DNA of 64,000 bases from an uncultured Chloroflexia bacterium (GTDB lineage Bacteria > Chloroflexota > Anaerolineae > JAAYZQ01). Of the stretch, positions 28,087-39,494 are shown piece after piece. How positions within the stretch are numbered: position 1 is the first letter of the stretch; every line of letters starts with the position of its first letter. The notes beneath the pieces were generated by a model. That model saw nothing but the letters and a program-made list of their open reading frames with translations. It was not told where the DNA came from and did not search any database. The stretch is from the NCBI GenBank assembly GCA_963700285.1, contig CAVOXA010000010.1, forward strand, positions 2,080,001 through 2,144,000, in the 5' to 3' direction. A program made the position numbers and the translations under genes.

Positions 28087-29343
28087 TCATAATGAACCAT
28101 CCCTCACAAACAGGGCAACCGACTCAACATGAAAGGTCTGAGGTAAGAGGTCCAGAGGTTGGACAATTTGCAAATGGTAGCCACCTTCGACCAGGCGGCG
28201 GGCATCGCGCGCCAAAGTGGCAGGATCGCAGGATACGTAGGCGACCCGCTGGGGCTGCAATCGCACGATCTCTTCAACGATTTGCTTCCCAGCACCGGAT
28301 CTCGGCGGATCGATCACCATCAGGTCTATTGGGCCTTCCAGACCGGAGAGTGCCGCCTGTGTCTTGCCCTCGATGGGAACGATATGCTCCAGGCCTTGCG
28401 CATTGTATCGAAGATCGGCAATGGCGCTGGGATCCGCCTCCACGCCGATGACGCGTTTCACATGATCGGCCAGGGCCAATCCAAAGAGTCCCACTCCACA
28501 GTAGACGTCCACCAGGGTTTCACTGCCTGTGGGAACCAGGCACTCTTGTACCAGCGCCACCAGTGCCTCGGCCCCGGCTGTGTTCTCCTGGAATGAACTG
28601 CCAGCCGACACCCGGTATTCGCGCCCAGCGACCTGCTCAACCAGATAGGGATTGCCCATCAACACCACGACCTCACCGTCGGCCAGTAGGAGCGTGCACG
28701 ACACCGGAAAATCCACCTCGATGTCGAAATCCTCATAGTGATCCAACTCAAAGACGGCCAGCAAGTCACCCGTGGCCGAACCGCAGCGCAGGCTTAGCCG
28801 ATAGAGCTGGGGCCACTCCATGTCAAGAGCCGCCCACAGGTCGTCGAGCAGGGGATCGAGGATGAGGCATTCCTTGACAGGAACAACATCGAGTGCCTCA
28901 TCAGCGCTATCGGTCGTTAGAAAGCCAAGGGTTCCCTCTGGGGTGAGGCTGAACAGGGCATGGTTGCGATAGCCCCATGGCTCAGCAGCGCCGATGGTAT
29001 CTTGAACGTCTATGTCCCGCAGGTCACCCAGACGGGCCAATTGATCTATCACCACCTGCTGTTTGAGTTCAGCCTGCATCTCGTAGGCGATATGCTGCAG
29101 GTGGCAACCGCTACACTGTCCTGGACCAAAGTGGGGGCATGGCGGCTCGACACGGTGAGGCGAGGGCTCCAGTACTTCTAGCAGACGCGCTCGTGCCCAG
29201 CGGGTGTGGACTTTGACAATCTCGACGCGCACCCTTTCGCCCGGAATCGTGTAGGGCACAAAAATGACCCGCCCCGAGTGGAGGCCTAGCGCCGATCCGC
29301 CATGGGCCATGGCCGAAAGCTGCAGTTCAACAATCTCAGACAT
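28087..29343 (-). CDS. rlmD: TRAM-domain RNA (uracil-C5) methyltransferase, RlmD/TrmA family
   Basis: TRAM domain, 4Fe-4S CPHF..CSGC, YCGVG, DPPRSG, YVSCDPATLARD, PQTFHVE. Confidence 0.85.
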   Translation of the reverse strand: MSEIVELQLSAMAHGGSALGLHSGRVIFVPYTIPGERVRVEIVKVHTRWARARLLEVLEPSPHRVEPPCPHFGPGQCSGCHLQHIAYEMQAELKQQVVIDQLARLGDLRDIDVQDTIGAAEPWGYRNHALFSLTPEGTLGFLTTDSADEALDVVPVKECLILDPLLDDLWAALDMEWPQLYRLSLRCGSATGDLLAVFELDHYEDFDIEVDFPVSCTLLLADGEVVVLMGNPYLVEQVAGREYRVSAGSSFQENTAGAEALVALVQECLVPTGSETLVDVYCGVGLFGLALADHVKRVIGVEADPSAIADLRYNAQGLEHIVPIEGKTQAALSGLEGPIDLMVIDPPRSGAGKQIVEEIVRLQPQRVAYVSCDPATLARDARRLVEGGYHLQIVQPLDLLPQTFHVESVALFVRDGSL

Positions 29344-29346
29344 AGG

Positions 29347-30132
29347 TCATCCCGCTGGAGGACGCCAGATCCGCTCCCCCAGTCCAGTTCCAGGCGCACG
29401 AGTGGCTGCAAAGGCCCACACCCGGCTGGGCATCGCCTCGCTTCCGCCGAAAAGAACGATCATCTGGGTTCGATAGTAACCCAAAGCGGAAACCTTGGCA
29501 GTCAGATTGGCAGCATCAAGGGCTATCATCTCGGGCTGCCAGCCGTCCGCCTTAGCCGGCTGCAAGGCCGGCTCCAAAGCCCCTGGCCTTTCTGCGTAGG
29601 GATAGTCTTCGTAGAAGGCCACGCGGTAGCCCCGGGCCAGGAGTTGCCGGGCCACCCTGTGTACGATCTGGTGATCTACATGGCGGCCTACTCCCAGCGG
29701 CGCATAAACCACCGTCATCTCATCTGAGGAGATAGCGCCATCCAAAAGGGCGAGCAACCCATCCGCACCTTCCTGTCCCAAGCCATCGGCCGGATGTACT
29801 CCTCCAAGAAGCGCTTCTACGTCTGCATACAACGGTTGGCTTCCGGCGCCGGTACGGTAGACAGCGTCCAGGTACCCCAGATGCTGCACACCGGCGCCGA
29901 GAAGCGCCAGCGCCGCGGCGTCTTCAGCTCGCCGCAGTGCCATCGGCTGGGGGGGATTGCCCCAATAATCGTGCTGCTCTCGGGCAAAAGGGGCAAGGGC
30001 ATCGTCTCGCACATCCCCGGCAAAGACGGTAATTACCCGGACCAACTCACCGCCGGTCGTTTGACGGTGGATAGCACCACCGCAAGACAACACGGCATCA
30101 TCCAGGTGTGGCGAAAGATAGATATGGTTCAC
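29347..30132 (-). CDS. PIG-L family deacetylase
   Basis: SPHLDDAVLSCGG, RRAED, GRHVDH, FYEDYPY. Confidence 0.92.
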   Translation of the reverse strand: MNHIYLSPHLDDAVLSCGGAIHRQTTGGELVRVITVFAGDVRDDALAPFAREQHDYWGNPPQPMALRRAEDAAALALLGAGVQHLGYLDAVYRTGAGSQPLYADVEALLGGVHPADGLGQEGADGLLALLDGAISSDEMTVVYAPLGVGRHVDHQIVHRVARQLLARGYRVAFYEDYPYAERPGALEPALQPAKADGWQPEMIALDAANLTAKVSALGYYRTQMIVLFGGSEAMPSRVWAFAATRAPGTGLGERIWRPPAG

Positions 30133-30294
30133 CTATCTAGATCCAACTGCGAACGTTCTGGAACTCGGCCCATCCGCTTGCCTCTGTACAGCTGCCGTCC
30201 CGCAAAGTGGCGCCGGTCCCGGCGCGGGCCAATACAGTCTCTGGTACGAGATGGCCCTGGGGACAGGGTTCGAGCGAGTTCGATGCCGAATCCC

Positions 30295-30323
30295 AGTATA
30301 ACACCATTGCAACCACGATGCAA
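30295..30323 (-). promoter_or_regulatory. Sigma70-type promoter upstream of PIG-L
   Basis: TTGCAT-17-TATACT on the minus strand. Confidence 0.6.
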
Positions 30324-30480
30324 CCAGCAACAGAAACCGGGCCGTCACCGGTGAAAGTGAGGCCCGGCATAGACTGCTGTCTAAAAGAATCATACTCATC
30401 AGAAGAGCACGACAGGCAGGAAGCCACTGCAATCCAGCCGCATTCGCTGTGAGGATGCGTCCTGGTTCAGTGCTCGGGTT

Positions 30481-31050
30481 CTACCACCATGCTGGCATTT
30501 CCTGTCGCCGCCTTAATTTGTGGCGGACAAATAGGAAGAGCAGCAATAGCAGAAGCAGCAGACCCAGGATGGGTAACAGGATAGCCAGGACCGCAAGCAC
30601 GAGAGAAAGCACATCCTCAGCCGTACTCACCACTGGATTGCCCACCCCCGCCGTGGTTGCTGTCACAACCGGCCGCGCCGTAGCCTTGACGGCATGTACG
30701 CTGCCCGCCACCAGCAGCCCACAGACCAAAGCCAGGACCGGGTGGGCATCCGTAATGACCCCGGCGCTGGCCGCAAAGAGCACCGCGCCAGCTACCGGGC
30801 GGACGAATGTCTGGATCCCGTCGTTGACCGAATCCACAGCCGGCACCTTGTCCACCAAGATCTCGATGAGCAGCAACACCACCAAGACCCCGATCACCCA
30901 CCAACTCTCCAGAGTATCCCACGGAGGCTTGAGGGTGATGAGATCGGTGAAGCGTGCCAACAAAGCTACCACGAGCAGGGGTAGGTAGGCGTTTAGACCC
31001 GCCGACGTAGACAGGCCAAAAGCAGTAAAGACGCTCAGCAGCCCATCCAT
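30481..31050 (-). CDS. DUF4126 membrane protein
   Basis: GLSTSAGLNAYLPL, EILVDKVPAVDSVND, NPVVSTAED. Confidence 0.88.
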   Translation of the reverse strand: MDGLLSVFTAFGLSTSAGLNAYLPLLVVALLARFTDLITLKPPWDTLESWWVIGVLVVLLLIEILVDKVPAVDSVNDGIQTFVRPVAGAVLFAASAGVITDAHPVLALVCGLLVAGSVHAVKATARPVVTATTAGVGNPVVSTAEDVLSLVLAVLAILLPILGLLLLLLLLFLFVRHKLRRRQEMPAWW

Positions 31051-31206
31051 CTCTTTGCCTTTCCGCGAACGCGGCTTTTGCCCAAGATGATGCTCATATC
31101 CATCTACCGCTAGACTTTGCCTTGAGACGCGATCCCAGAGCCGATCCCCAGATGACTCGAACAGGAACTCGCAACCAGCTTGCTCCTGAACCGCCCATCG
31201 GGCGCC

Positions 31207-31701
31207 CTAGTAGCCACCTGCACTCATGGCTCCAACCAAACCACAGGCCGCGACGGCCCCAAAGACCAGGCACCCGACCACGATCAGTCCAATCGCGATC
31301 CAGCCCATGACAATGCCCGCCAGGGCCAGTCCGTCGCCAGAGACCTCGTCTGGCCGCGCGCGGATATCCCTGCGGGCCATGTAGCCCAGGACAATGGCCA
31401 GGATACCACCCACAATGGGCAGTATCGTCAGTCCCGCGACACCCGATACCAGGGCGGCTACAGCCAGCCCGCTGGTGGGTACGGATGGCGACGCTGCGGC
31501 CGGGGGCGGCGGCTCAGCCGGCGCTACCTTCGCAACCTCTACGGCGACATCTTCCTCAAGATGCTCATCTATGACTTTATCCACAGTGTCGCTCTCCTGA
31601 AGCATCTCGACAAAAACATCTTCCGCGTTCATTGCGGCGCCGCAATTGCCGCAGAAATCGGCTTCGTCCTGATTGGGCGCACCACACATGGGACAGAACA
31701 T
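31207..31701 (-). CDS. Zinc-ribbon + DUF4190 membrane protein
   Basis: MFCPMCG..FCGNCG; TSGLAVAALVSG..AIVLGYMARRDIR..GLALAGIVMG. Confidence 0.87.
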   Translation of the reverse strand: MFCPMCGAPNQDEADFCGNCGAAMNAEDVFVEMLQESDTVDKVIDEHLEEDVAVEVAKVAPAEPPPPAAASPSVPTSGLAVAALVSGVAGLTILPIVGGILAIVLGYMARRDIRARPDEVSGDGLALAGIVMGWIAIGLIVVGCLVFGAVAACGLVGAMSAGGY

Positions 31702-31786
31702 TTTCAACCTCCGTTGCAAAAGTCCAAGCAGGCGCTACGACGATCCAGAAGAGACCATCGCAGCGCCTGTCAATATGGGAGCCAGC

Positions 31787-32548
31787 CTAGTCCTCGACTT
31801 GCTCTTCGTCGGTCTCCGGGGCCTCATCCTCATCGGGCTCAAAGACGACCGTGTCTTCCTCAACCACCGGTGCGATAGCCATCAGTTGGCCCTTGGCTTC
31901 TACGTAGGCCTGGCCGTACAGGTGGCCGATGACCATCACCGCGTAGGGCATGGTTACCAGCCAGCCAATGCCGCACACGAGGCTGCCGAGGTTGCCGATG
32001 AAGGAAGCGACCCAGCTCATCAAGAAGGTCACCAGGTAGGTCGCAAAGCTGTCGCGGACAAACCCAAAGACTTCGCCGAAACGGAAAGCGGCGCTCATTT
32101 CGCCCTCGGCGGCGAAAAAGGCGACGGCCGCCGGGTAGACGAGGGAGATGGCGATGGCGTACAGCAGGGTGAAGCAGCTAAGGCAGAAGCTCAGGAATGA
32201 ACTCGCCCCCACTGCATTCTCATTGAGCGCGCCGATGGGCACCCCCAGACACAGGGAGAGGATGATAAGGGGCAGCGCGTAGACGATGCCGATGACAATG
32301 ACCTTCAGGCCATCGATGAGCAGGTCGCCCCAATTGTCCCACTCGGGCAAGCTGTCCAGTTCACCCCGCAGAACCTGGCGGATGATCGCGACCGAATAAC
32401 CGCCCAGCAGGGCAACGGCCAGGATCAAGGGAATGAGCAGCATCCACGAAAACAGAACGCCAAGCAACAGGATGGCTGCGGCGATCAGGATCTTGACGAT
32501 CCATTGATCATCCTCGAATACAAACGTAAACGACTTTCCAATGTCCAC
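31787..32548 (-). CDS. DUF4013 membrane protein
   Basis: DIGKSFTFVFED..W..KILI, GY, LPEWDNWG.LL.DG, AAFRFGEV. Confidence 0.87.
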   Translation of the reverse strand: MDIGKSFTFVFEDDQWIVKILIAAAILLLGVLFSWMLLIPLILAVALLGGYSVAIIRQVLRGELDSLPEWDNWGDLLIDGLKVIVIGIVYALPLIILSLCLGVPIGALNENAVGASSFLSFCLSCFTLLYAIAISLVYPAAVAFFAAEGEMSAAFRFGEVFGFVRDSFATYLVTFLMSWVASFIGNLGSLVCGIGWLVTMPYAVMVIGHLYGQAYVEAKGQLMAIAPVVEEDTVVFEPDEDEAPETDEEQVED

Positions 32549-32612
32549 TGTTTCCTCCTTGCGTTTTTGTCTACTGCATCGAATTTGCAGTTAGGCGGTA
32601 GGCGGCAATCTT

Positions 32613-33312
32613 CTAGGCAATCTCCGCTTCAGGCGCGGCAGCCAGCCTTTGACCAGTTGCCGCCAGATAGGCCTGGCCACGCAGATGCGCCGTGATCCAG
32701 CCGGCATACGGAGCAGTCACCAGGAAGCCCACACCGCAGGCCAACAGCCCCAGGCCAGAGATGATGCTGGCGACCCAGCCGATGACCAGGACGATCAGGT
32801 AGGTCCCAAAGTTATCTCGGACCAAACTAAACACATCCCCAAAACGGAAGGCAGCGCTGAACTCATCTTCTGCCACGAACAAGGCAATGGCTGCCGGCAG
32901 CAACAAGCCCATGACGATGCCCCAAAGGAGATTGAAGCAGCCCAAGAGTGAGCTAAATAGAGAGCTCACCTCCTGAGCCTTCTCAGCAGCGATACCAATG
33001 GCAGGACCCAGACAAACACTGACGATGATGATGGGCAGGGCATAGATTACGCCGATGACCCAGGCCTTCACACCATCGATGAGCAGTTCGCCCCAGTTGT
33101 CCCATTCGGGCAGCACGCGGACTGGCGCCGTTGATCACCCGGCGGGTGATCTCGACCCCATAGCCGCCCAGCAGAAGCCCGGCCAGGATGAGAGGAATGA
33201 GGAGCATCCATGAGAAGAAAATGCCTAGCGCCAGAATGGCCGCCGCGATCAGGATCTTGGTGATCCACCGATCATCATCAAACACGTACGCAAAGGATTT
33301 TCCGATGTCCAT
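32613..33312 (-). CDS. DUF4013 membrane protein paralog; frameshift near 33120
   Basis: Same motifs as the neighbouring gene, split across ORFs 32983-33312 and 32613-33116. Confidence 0.83.
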
Positions 33313-33427
33313 CTCTTCCTCCTTGTGTAGTTAGTCCTCCGCATTATACCAGAAGTCGCCATTTCTGGCAACCAATCATCTCTACGCTGGAAGCGCTGTT
33401 AAGTTTCAGACGCTACCAGCCAGCCTG

Positions 33428-34598
33428 TCACACGCGTACTGCTGGATCGAAGAGCCGGGCGTACTCGTCCAGCGCGAAACGATCGGTCATGCCGGCGATA
33501 TAGTCGCACACGATCCGTTCCATCGGTTCTTCCATCAGCACTTGATGCGCGCCTGGATCGTGTCGGGCAACTGGGCCGGTTCCTGTGATATAGGCCTCAA
33601 AGATGGCCTCCAGTACCCGCTGGGCCTTGGCTGCCATGCGCATCACCCGCCAGTGACGATAGAGGCGCTGGTAGAGGAAGGACTTGAGTTCGCGCTGGCG
33701 GGCCGCCACACCCGCCGACAGGCCGATGATCTGCGAGCCCCGTGCTCGAAGCTTGGCCACCGAATCGATCCCCTCCTCCTGAAGGCGCAGGGCGGTGGTC
33801 TGCACCGCGTCGGTCACGCCCCAGCCGATTAGAGCGCGGATGAGCCTGTGCCGATCTACCTTGCTCAGTTCTGCGCAGGTATCCAGCCCCATCTCGGCCA
33901 CCAGTACGTTCCAGAGGGTCACCTCCTGCAGATCCAGGGGCGTGATCAGGCCCGCGCGCAACCCGTCGTCCAGGTCGTGGGCGCTGTAGGCCAGCTCGTC
34001 GGCCACGTTGGCAATCTGCCCTTCCAGCGAGCAGGCCAGGTCCGGCTCGTACCCGCTGGCATCACTCACGTCGTACTCGGTCTCGTGTTTGACCAGGCCC
34101 TCGCGGACCTCCCAGGTCAGATTCAGACCCGGCCAGCCGGGGAAGCGTTTCTCCAGCTTTTCGACGATGCGCAGGGTCTGGCGGTTGTGGTCAAAGCCGC
34201 CGTGGCCGGCCATCAGCTCGTTCAGCGTCTGCTCGCCCGAGTGCCCAAAGGCCGGATGGCCCAGGTCGTGCCCCAGGCAGATGGCCTCGGTCAGGTCCTC
34301 GTTGACGCCCAGCGCCCGGGCCAGCGTCCGGCCGATCTGGGCCACCTCCAGGGTGTGGGTCAAGCGCGTGCGGTAATAGTCGCCTTCCGAGATGACAAAG
34401 ACCTGGGTCTTGTACTCTAGCCGGCGAAAGGCCGTGGTGTGGATGATCCGGTCCCGGTCGCGCTGGAAGGCGGTCCGGTACGCCGGCTCGTGGTCGGGAT
34501 AGACCCGGCCCCGTGAGTCCTGGCTGCGCAAGGCATAGGGAGCCAGGATCTCGATCCTCCAGTTGCTCGAGACGTTCTCGCGAATACAACATCGTCAT
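33428..34598 (-). CDS. dgt: Deoxyguanosinetriphosphate triphosphohydrolase (dGTPase); frameshifted near the N-terminus
   Basis: RTAFQRDRDRIIH..FRRLEYKTQV, RTRLTHTLEV, GHDLGH, DYIAGMTD. Confidence 0.92.
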
Positions 34599-34633
34599 AC
34601 CTCCCCTACTCAGCGATGCCTGAGCGAGTGCCC

Positions 34634-36145
34634 TCACACCTGCAGTTGAGGGACGATAAACAAAAACAGACTAACCAGGTCAAGGCAAATGAGTAGGAGA
34701 TAGGGCGCTGCGTGAACCGCAGGGTCCCAGGAGCCGGGCAGAAAACGGCGGAGGCCAAACGTGACTCCGGCCGCAACTAGAATCAGTACGGACCAACTGC
34801 CCCCCCCTGCCAGCCACAGGATGACGGCACTGGCGACCAGCAGAGCAGCCAGTGGCAGGGCGCGCTCGCGGCGCAGGGTCTCCCGCCAGCCCAGGGCCAC
34901 GGCCAGGCTGATGGGAACCAGCGCCGAAAAGAGATAGCGGCCCTGATGTTGGAGAAAGCTGGTATTGTACCATAGGTAGGCTGCCAGAGTGAACAGTCCA
35001 GAGAGCGCCAGCAGGCCGCCAGCCGCCCACTGCCACGCGGCGAAAACCTCCCTGTGCCGCCACGCGCGCGCCGCCCACAAGAGAAGGCCGATCAAGGCCA
35101 GCGCCGAGAGAATGGCCATGACCTGGTACAGGCGCACATCCAGAAGCACTCCCATCCAGCCAAACTGTCCCCAGAAGCTGCGAAAAGAGGTCGTGATAAA
35201 ATCGAGGGCCAGTTTGGCAGGCCCGAATTGGGCCAAGAACTCGGCGGTACGCAACTGGCCGGCAACCACCTGGTCGTGGCGAACCAGCCCCAAAAGATCC
35301 AGGCCTTCGTACAATGCAATGTTGCGCAGCCACCAGGGCAGCGCCAGTCCCAGGGCCGGCAGCAGGTACAGGGCCGCGGCCTTGATCGTGTCGGTCAGGG
35401 GCGGAGGCTCGCGGTCGAGCCACAGGTGGCGGGCGACGATGGCCAGCAGCACCAGGGGCGGCGCGATATAGACCGAAGATTTGGTGATGAGGCCCAGGCC
35501 GGTGGTGATACCCAGCAGCACGAGCAGTTGCTTTGCCCTCTCCTGACCCGCTGCAGCGACAGCATCTTTCAGATAGCGGATGGTCAGAAGGAGGATGAGG
35601 GCCAGAAGCAGCTCGGCCAGCACGTCATTGTTGGCCGCTGCGGTCATGGCCAAGTGCATCGGCAGAAAGGCGACAAAGGCCGTGGCGCCCAGGGCCAGGA
35701 AAAGGCGCTCTGGTGCCAGGGCCAGCACGGTCCAATCGATGACCAGGAGCAGCAGGGCGCCCAAAACCACGGAGAGGAGGCGCAGTGGCAGGAGCGCGCC
35801 GCCGAAAACACCATAGACCGGCACAGCCAGCAGGTAGTAGAGGGGTGGTTGGTGGAACTCGTAGCGGATGGGGGCGATGCTCATCTCGGGCGGAAAGCGG
35901 GCGGCCTTGATCTCCTCCAGGTAGGCGGCGGGATAGTCGCCGGGCTTGAGCACCGGGAAGCGGCGCTGTTCGGCCAGGTACTGGACGTAATTATAGTGGG
36001 CCGGTTCGTCGGGCGCCTGCCAGGCGGGCGTGTATAGGGCGTACAGCGTCCCCAAGATGAGGTAGAGCAGGATGATAGCAGGCAGGAGCCAATTGGCGGA
36101 CTGGTTCGACGAGCACTGAGGCATGGTGCCTTTTCTTTCCATCAC
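34634..36145 (-). CDS. GT-C fold (DUF2142/ArnT-like) membrane glycosyltransferase
   Basis: APDEPAH, HQPPLYY, NND, QGRYLF; multi-TM. Confidence 0.82.
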   Translation of the reverse strand: MMERKGTMPQCSSNQSANWLLPAIILLYLILGTLYALYTPAWQAPDEPAHYNYVQYLAEQRRFPVLKPGDYPAAYLEEIKAARFPPEMSIAPIRYEFHQPPLYYLLAVPVYGVFGGALLPLRLLSVVLGALLLLVIDWTVLALAPERLFLALGATAFVAFLPMHLAMTAAANNDVLAELLLALILLLTIRYLKDAVAAAGQERAKQLLVLLGITTGLGLITKSSVYIAPPLVLLAIVARHLWLDREPPPLTDTIKAAALYLLPALGLALPWWLRNIALYEGLDLLGLVRHDQVVAGQLRTAEFLAQFGPAKLALDFITTSFRSFWGQFGWMGVLLDVRLYQVMAILSALALIGLLLWAARAWRHREVFAAWQWAAGGLLALSGLFTLAAYLWYNTSFLQHQGRYLFSALVPISLAVALGWRETLRRERALPLAALLVASAVILWLAGGGSWSVLILVAAGVTFGLRRFLPGSWDPAVHAAPYLLLICLDLVSLFLFIVPQLQV

Positions 36146-36234
36146 TATTCTACCCTACCCCAAGGAAAAGGATAAACGCGTGAAATGAAGAATAGACCAC
36201 AACAGACCCTACAATGACGCGAGTACGGCAGGGG

Positions 36235-37413
36235 CTAGCCGGCAGCACCGAGTCTCCGATAGAGTGCCAAGGTATCCGCCGCGATCTTTTCCCAGCGGAA
36301 CTGCTCCGAGAGGGTCTTGGCCGCCTCGCCCAGCGTACGGCGCAGGTCCGGCGCGCCGGCCAGCTGGGCGATGGCCTCTGCCAGGGCCGCCGGCTGTTCC
36401 GGCGGCACCAGGAGCACGTTGCCCCCGTCGACCAGTTCGGGCAGCGAGAGGCGGGGCCGGGTGGTCAGGATGGGCGCCCCGTGGGCCAGGGCGGCGTGGA
36501 ACGTGCCGTGCAGGAACGATACGCCGTCGCGGTAGGGCAGCACGCACAGGTCGGCCGCATCAAAACCTGCCGACACCTCCTCGGTGGGGACATAGCCGGT
36601 CCAGCGGACGCGGTCCTCCAGTCCCAGCTCGGCGATGAGCGCCTGGATGTGAGCCAGGTAGGCGACGTTGGTCGGGTCGCTGGCGCCGGTCTGGCCGCCG
36701 ATAAAGATCAGAGACGGATTGACCGCGTGTTGCGGATCAGTAGCCAGGAGGTCCAGGGCGTGGAGCAGGGTATCCACGCCCTTGCGGTCGTTGACAAAAC
36801 CAAAGAAGCACAGCAGCAGGTCGCCAGGGCCCGCACCCCAGCGCGCCCGCCAGGCGTCGCGGTCATAGCCTTCGGGCAGCCTGGGCTCGATGTTGGAGCC
36901 GATGGGGATCAGGGCCGGGCTCTGCCAATACCGCCCATGCGCTGCTGCAGCGCCTCAAAATCCTCGCGGTTGGTGGTGATGGCCGCATCGCTCTGGCGGG
37001 CCAGCTCATTCACCACCCAGCGGCGCAGCCGGCCCGGCCTTGGGAAAGAGGTAGGGCACCTTGAGGTCGTGGAAGGTGACGACGGTCGCCGGGCGCTCGG
37101 CGCCCAGCCAGCCCAGGCGCCGTGGCAATAGGTTGATGGCCGGGTGCATGGCATAGGCCGCGGCCTGGTACTGGACGTGGACCACGTCCGGCTGCTGCTG
37201 GCGGACCAGGTCGAGAAGCACGCCCCAGCAGCGCCAGCTCCAGCGCTCGATGAGGGGATGAACCGTCAGGCCTGCCACCGGGCCAGCCTGGGTCGAGGTC
37301 ACAACGTGTACCTCGCAGCCCAGGTCGTGCAGGGCCAGGCCGATCTCCCGGGTGTAGTCGCCCACACCACCCTGCATGGGCGGGAACTCGCCGGTGACAA
37401 ACAGGACCTTCAT
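36235..37413 (-). CDS. Glycosyltransferase family 4 (frameshifted)
   Basis: [41 protein letters not shown], spread over several frames. Confidence 0.85.
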
Positions 37414-38460
37414 GGCTGCCGCACGCCGGCAGAGGAGGCAGGCGTCCGGAGACCCGAGCGCAGCACCTGGCGGTAGGCCCGCAGCCGCTCCGCACGCAGG
37501 GGGCGTTTGTGACCCACCAGCCACTTTAGCCCCTCCCGGCCCAGTTGGTAGACATAGGTTGCCAGCAGAAACCAGCGCAATACCTCGGCCTGGAAAGCGC
37601 CGTGGTGCTTGCGAAAGTAGCGCACCTTGCTGCTCTGAAAATGGATGTGCCGGGCAGGGACCACCTGCTCGCTGCTCTTGCCTTCGTGGTGGATGACGGT
37701 GGCGGTGGGCAGATAGACGACTTCCCAGCCAGCGTCCTTGATGCGCCGGCACCAGTCCAGTTCTTCGGAGTACATGAAAAAGCCCTCGTCCAGCCCGCCG
37801 ACCTGTTCGTAGGCCTGGCGGCGGACGAGCAGGCAGGCGCCCACGACCCAGTCCACCGGCTGGATCAGCGTCGTCGGGCGTGTCGGCCATGTAGTAGCGG
37901 CGCAGAATGCGGTTGTCGGGCCACCACTCCTGCACGACGGTGCTTTCGACCAGGGCCGTGGCAAAGGTGGGAAAGCGCCGGCGCGACGATTGCAGGCTGC
38001 CATCCGGGTAGCGGAGCTGCGGCCCCAGCGCGCCGACTTCTGGCTGGCCGTCCATGTAGCCGACCATCGTCGCCAGGGCGTCGCCCACCACCTCGGTGTC
38101 GGGGTTGAGCAGCAGGAGGTAGCGGCCCTGGCTCAGGGCCAGGCCCTGGTTGTTGGCGGCGGTGAATCCCCGGTTCTCGTCGTTGGCGATCAGGTGGACG
38201 CTGGGGAACTCGGCGCGGACCATCTCCGCACTGCCATCGCGTGCTGGCATTGTCCACGACGATGAATCGGTTCGAAGTGCGAGGTTCGAGGTTTTGTTCT
38301 GAGGTCCAACCCAGGGGGTTCGAGGTCTAGCCCTTGCGGGCTCGAGCCCGCAAGTTTCGCCATCCTCCGTCGAACCTCGAACATCGAACATCGAACCCAG
38401 ACAGCGGCGGAGCAGGTCGCGGACGTTCCAGCTTACGATGACGATGGTCAGGTCAACCAC
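37410..38460 (-). CDS. Glycosyltransferase family 2 (WbbL-like), frameshifted, with repeat insertion
   Basis: [51 protein letters not shown]. Confidence 0.87.
38270..38396. repeat. Palindromic heptamer-repeat insert within GT2
   Basis: GTTCGAx units on the left, TCGAACx units on the right, inner palindrome CTTGCGGGCTCGAGCCCGCAAG. Confidence 0.75.
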
Positions 38461-38482
38461 GTCCCCCTCCGCTTGGTGGGGC

Positions 38483-39494
38483 CTACTTTTGTCCGGGAGA
38501 TGGCATAGTCGGCCAGGGCGTGCAGCATGGACCGCGTCTCCGCTGTCGGGCAGGGGGGCCAGGGCAGCCTTGCTCTGGACGATGAACTCGCGCGCTCGTT
38601 CCATCGCCTGATCCACGGCCCCCGACTCGCGGATGGCAGTCGACCACCTCGCGCACCAGGTCGTCGTCACGCGCCGTCGCGCACAACAGCCGCACCCTTT
38701 CGTCGTCGGGATGAGTCCTGCAGGTAGTAGAGCACCGGCAGGGTCACGATCCCCTCGCGCAGGTCGCTGCCCACCGGCTTGCCCAGCACGCCTTCGTCGC
38801 CCCGAAAGTCGAGCACATCGTCGATGATCTGAAAGCCCATGCCCAGGAAGCTGCCCATAGTCACGCAGGGCGATCAACTCGGCTTCGGGCGCGCTCACCC
38901 AGCACCGCCGCCGCCTCGGTGGCTCGCCGCAAAGAGGGAGGCGGTCTTGGCGTGGATGCGCTGGTCGTAGTGGTCCAGGGCCGCCTGCCAGGACTGCTCG
39001 TCGTCGAGGCGGGGCAGTTCGTGGCGGTCAAAGATCTGGCGCAGTTCGCCGCTGCAGATGGTCATCAGCGTGTCGGCAAAGATCGCCATCACCCGCACGT
39101 GGTCGGTTTCGGCGGCCAGGGCCGCCGCCCGGGCAAAGAGATAGTCGCCGGTCAGCACGGTGGCGCCCGGTGCTCCAGCGGGCATTCAGGGTGGGATTGC
39201 CCCGCCGCAGCAGCGCGCCGTCGATCAGATCGTCGTGGACCAGGGTGGCGGTGTGCAGCATCTCGACCGACGCGGCCAGGGACACCAGCTTGTCCGATGT
39301 CAGATCCGGCGGCCGTATAGAAGCTGCCGGCCAGCAGGGCCAGGGCCGGGCGCAGGCGCTTGCCGCCGCTATCCAACAGATGCTGCAGAACCGCTGTCAA
39401 GTTGCGGATAGTCGGGATGCACCGGCTCGCGCATTTTGCGCTCCACCCGCTCCAGATCGGCTGCCAGCGGCTCCAGTAAAGGGATCGTCTTCAA
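38483..39494 (-). CDS. Polyprenyl diphosphate synthase (multiple frameshifts)
   Basis: [59 protein letters not shown]. Confidence 0.88.

Noticed and set aside
31577-31585. Perfect DnaA box TTATCCACA
   Set aside because: Single copy inside a coding sequence, with no cluster or AT-rich unwinding element.
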